NCBI GenBank assembly: GCA_040437565.1
Contig: JBDOQK010000022.1
Span: 186,001-250,000 of the forward strand
Reading direction: 5' to 3'
Source of the DNA: Albugo candida
Taxonomy: Eukaryota
DNA: 64,000 nucleotides
Position numbers and translations under genes: made by a program. The notes under the pieces were generated by a model. The model searched no databases and was not told where the DNA came from. It worked only from the letters and a program-made list of their open reading frames with translations. Below are positions 61,445 through 64,000 of the stretch, in pieces; within the stretch, counting starts at the first letter, position 1, and every line of letters starts with the position of its first letter.

Positions 61445-63292
61445 ATGCCATCCGCTCGACTATCGTTCAGTTTTCTACTCTGCTGCTTCTTCTGCGCTTT
61501 CCAACGGTCATATTGTGATCTAACCGCAAAACTGTTGACAACGAATGCGCAAGAACACGTCGCTGCATGCCAGGAATGTATTCTGAATTTCGCTGGTGCT
61601 ATTCGCGCAAAACTGGTCGATGGAAATGGAGCTACTGAATCCACTGCGACTTCCAAAGTGGCGTTTCTAGTCACTGCTTCCAATTTTGCGTTTATGAGTG
61701 TACAAGCTAAATGCACTATATCCGATTATTGTGGTGATATTGAGGAAGCAGACATATCGCCGCTGCATAAACATTTAATCGAATCGAATGGAATGCCGTC
61801 GACCAAATCAAAAGCAGCAGAAAGTACACACCGGATAGCTGGCGAACATCAAATGCGTGAGCCTTTATGCTTCCTGGGAAGTCATTGGAATCTTCACGTT
61901 CTATGCGAATCTTGTTTAAAGGAAGTCAGTGGGTCGAGCATGCTGGGAGTCTACCACATTGCAGCAAGCTATCTAGACAGGCAAGCAATGGTTGTTTTGT
62001 ACCCGACGATTATTGAGAAGGATATGTTTCATCGATGCAGAAAATGTGGTTCCTCCGCAGAAGCTGAAACGAAGTACATTCCCTCTCTAATATGTCAGAA
62101 GCTGATTAATCAATCTCCTGCTGTCAATCACAATCCTACCATCATAAAGCATTCTGCATTGCAAGTATGGTACGAAGCTAACATTCGGGACGAGAGCATC
62201 AGGGATGTTACTAGCACTCCACGTTGCGTAGGTGTTCGTGCACAAACTGGCTTCAACATTGAACAATGCGTACGCAGCATCCTCAGTGGTAATCAAGGTG
62301 AAGTGACTTTCCTTTACAAAGAAGGTCCGACACAATACCTCCATCTATTCAGTAGTAATGTGGATATCGAGGAAGGCGAGATCGTTCAGGAGGAAAGTAT
62401 GGAATGTGCTTCTATCAATTATTTTGAAGATCCTGAAACTTGCGAAAAATACAAGTCTCATCACTTCGATACGTCAACATTTACGAACCAATTATCAGTT
62501 TGGAAGTCAGAGAAAATGATGAAAAGGCCTCGTACCGTTGCGCTCACTTATCAAAAGCGATGTGCGTTGGCGTATCACCAATCAACAAGTGACGTCTGTC
62601 AGACTTGTGTTCACAAGCTGAACCATGATGCTGTAACCACCAGACGAATGACTGACTCAACATTTTTGGTGTCCATGAGCGAGGATTTTAGCAATGATGG
62701 CGCGCAACTCGAATCGTGTATCATCGAATCTGGCTCTAGAACTTTCCGTGAGAAATGCGCACATTTTGATTTATTTCCTCGTGAGATGTGCGACTATGAG
62801 ACCGAAAAGAATGCTATGGTCAATGGTTATGGTATACTTGAACAAACTCACCCATCTCACAAAAGACTTGCATTCAAGCTTGAAGAGGGTATTCGTCCGC
62901 TCAAGAAAGCCCGTCGGTCGAAGGATAAAGCAGCTGGACGCATCGAAATGCAGCCACGCTCTATGACATCTAATTTGATTTCTAATCGGCCAAATGTGAT
63001 GGTTGCAAGGTGGACGAAGGAGGATCACAAATGCCTTGAGTATCTTGCGCTAAACCACGATGTGCTCTTGCTTTCACTCGAAAACAAGTATGTGTGGATG
63101 CTACGTGTGCAACCAAGCCTGACCGATATTGAATGCTGCGGAATATTGCTCAACGAGCGAGAACTGTACATTGATGTCCGCTTTCTGCGTTCAGTTCCGG
63201 TAAATCAAGTGCGTAGAATGCTGTATGAACATTCGGTAACGTCAGTGCGTGAAAGTATGGACCGCGCAATTATTAACAATCGTTGGCACTGA
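61445..63292 (+). CDS. CCG-family secreted effector, paralogue H (intact, 615 aa)
   Basis: The ATG at 61445 aligns with the other copies (cAgGATG versus cAAGATG). It has signal peptide MPSARLSFSFLLCCFFCAFQRSYC, motif ACQECILNFAG, five modules and an NLS-like RPLKKARRSKDK. Confidence 0.93.
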   Translation: MPSARLSFSFLLCCFFCAFQRSYCDLTAKLLTTNAQEHVAACQECILNFAGAIRAKLVDGNGATESTATSKVAFLVTASNFAFMSVQAKCTISDYCGDIEEADISPLHKHLIESNGMPSTKSKAAESTHRIAGEHQMREPLCFLGSHWNLHVLCESCLKEVSGSSMLGVYHIAASYLDRQAMVVLYPTIIEKDMFHRCRKCGSSAEAETKYIPSLICQKLINQSPAVNHNPTIIKHSALQVWYEANIRDESIRDVTSTPRCVGVRAQTGFNIEQCVRSILSGNQGEVTFLYKEGPTQYLHLFSSNVDIEEGEIVQEESMECASINYFEDPETCEKYKSHHFDTSTFTNQLSVWKSEKMMKRPRTVALTYQKRCALAYHQSTSDVCQTCVHKLNHDAVTTRRMTDSTFLVSMSEDFSNDGAQLESCIIESGSRTFREKCAHFDLFPREMCDYETEKNAMVNGYGILEQTHPSHKRLAFKLEEGIRPLKKARRSKDKAAGRIEMQPRSMTSNLISNRPNVMVARWTKEDHKCLEYLALNHDVLLLSLENKYVWMLRVQPSLTDIECCGILLNERELYIDVRFLRSVPVNQVRRMLYEHSVTSVRESMDRAIINNRWH

Positions 63293-64000
63293 TGATGTAC
63301 CAACCTCCATTGTACATGCACTCCATTGTACATGCATGCATAGTTCTATATAGTTGGAGAACTGGATTAGCAAATCAGATAGGTGAACCAGGATTCTTTA
63401 ATAAAAAATCTCAACTTCCATTTTTTATCATATGAGCAAATACCTTCCTTTGCTTCCTCTCACTTCCTCCTACCGGCGTTACAGATGATAATTCAAAGAA
63501 GCTTCCTGTTTTGAACGAATAATGAGAATAAATATCGCGGCGATCGATAATATAATTTTTTGGCTTTTAGTTATTGTGCACAAGAAGCCATGTTGTTAGG
63601 AGATGTACATATCGAAGAGAGAAGACCATTTCTGACATTGAATTGCCTATCGAACGTCTACAAAAGCGTTGCAACTTTTCTCATCTGTTTATGTGGGCGT
63701 TATAGATTCCACACACTTGACGGTTCCTTGTCTCCGATTATAGCATGAAGCGCAATGGGCAGATCGCGGCCGGTAGTCTAGGAGTTTTGAGCCGAGTGCA
63801 TGGTAGCACGCTTCCCATTCAACGATTCTTTCTAGAAAGCGCAACTATCCAATTGATGAGTAGCTAACTGGATCATTTTAGTATCAGAATCCTGCTCTGA
63901 AATTATCAAGCCTATTAGTAAAAGATGTACGGATCATCAGCGTACGGGAAGACGAAAGAATGGTGAGCTGTACTGTTCCGGCGTCGAAACGTGCAAGATA

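Noticed and set aside
63305-63340. 16-bp tandem duplication (ctccattgtacatgca x2); also a 14-bp duplication near 60300
   Set aside because: These are ordinary short non-coding duplications with no further structure.

Overview
This is eukaryotic, AT-rich sequence with very short (about 45-55 nt) GT-AG introns and many 100-N scaffold gaps. Gene content points to a white-rust oomycete (Albugo); this is inferred from secreted proteins with a CxxCxxxxxG/CHxC motif and oomycete-type GH5-X8 glucanases. The window is dominated by a birth-and-death cluster of about 9 CCG-class effector paralogues. Two are intact (25554-27362, 61445-63292), one has its 5' end lost in a gap (31962-33400), and six carry nonsense or frameshift lesions. 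Most copies share kilobases of homologous flanking DNA. Interspersed genes are ferrochelatase, two GH5 exo-1,3-beta-glucanases (one membrane-anchored, one not), an EF-hand protein, a CINP-like gene with a duplicated dead copy, a Kelch/Ig-like membrane protein and a PAM16 pseudogene. Mobile DNA includes a tRNA-derived SINE with a 14-bp target-site duplication and a visible empty site, a probable solo LTR and a decayed L1/Tx1-like LINE. The assembly is redundant around gaps, and contig 11727-15178 appears misplaced and inverted (it fits the gap at 2557-2656).
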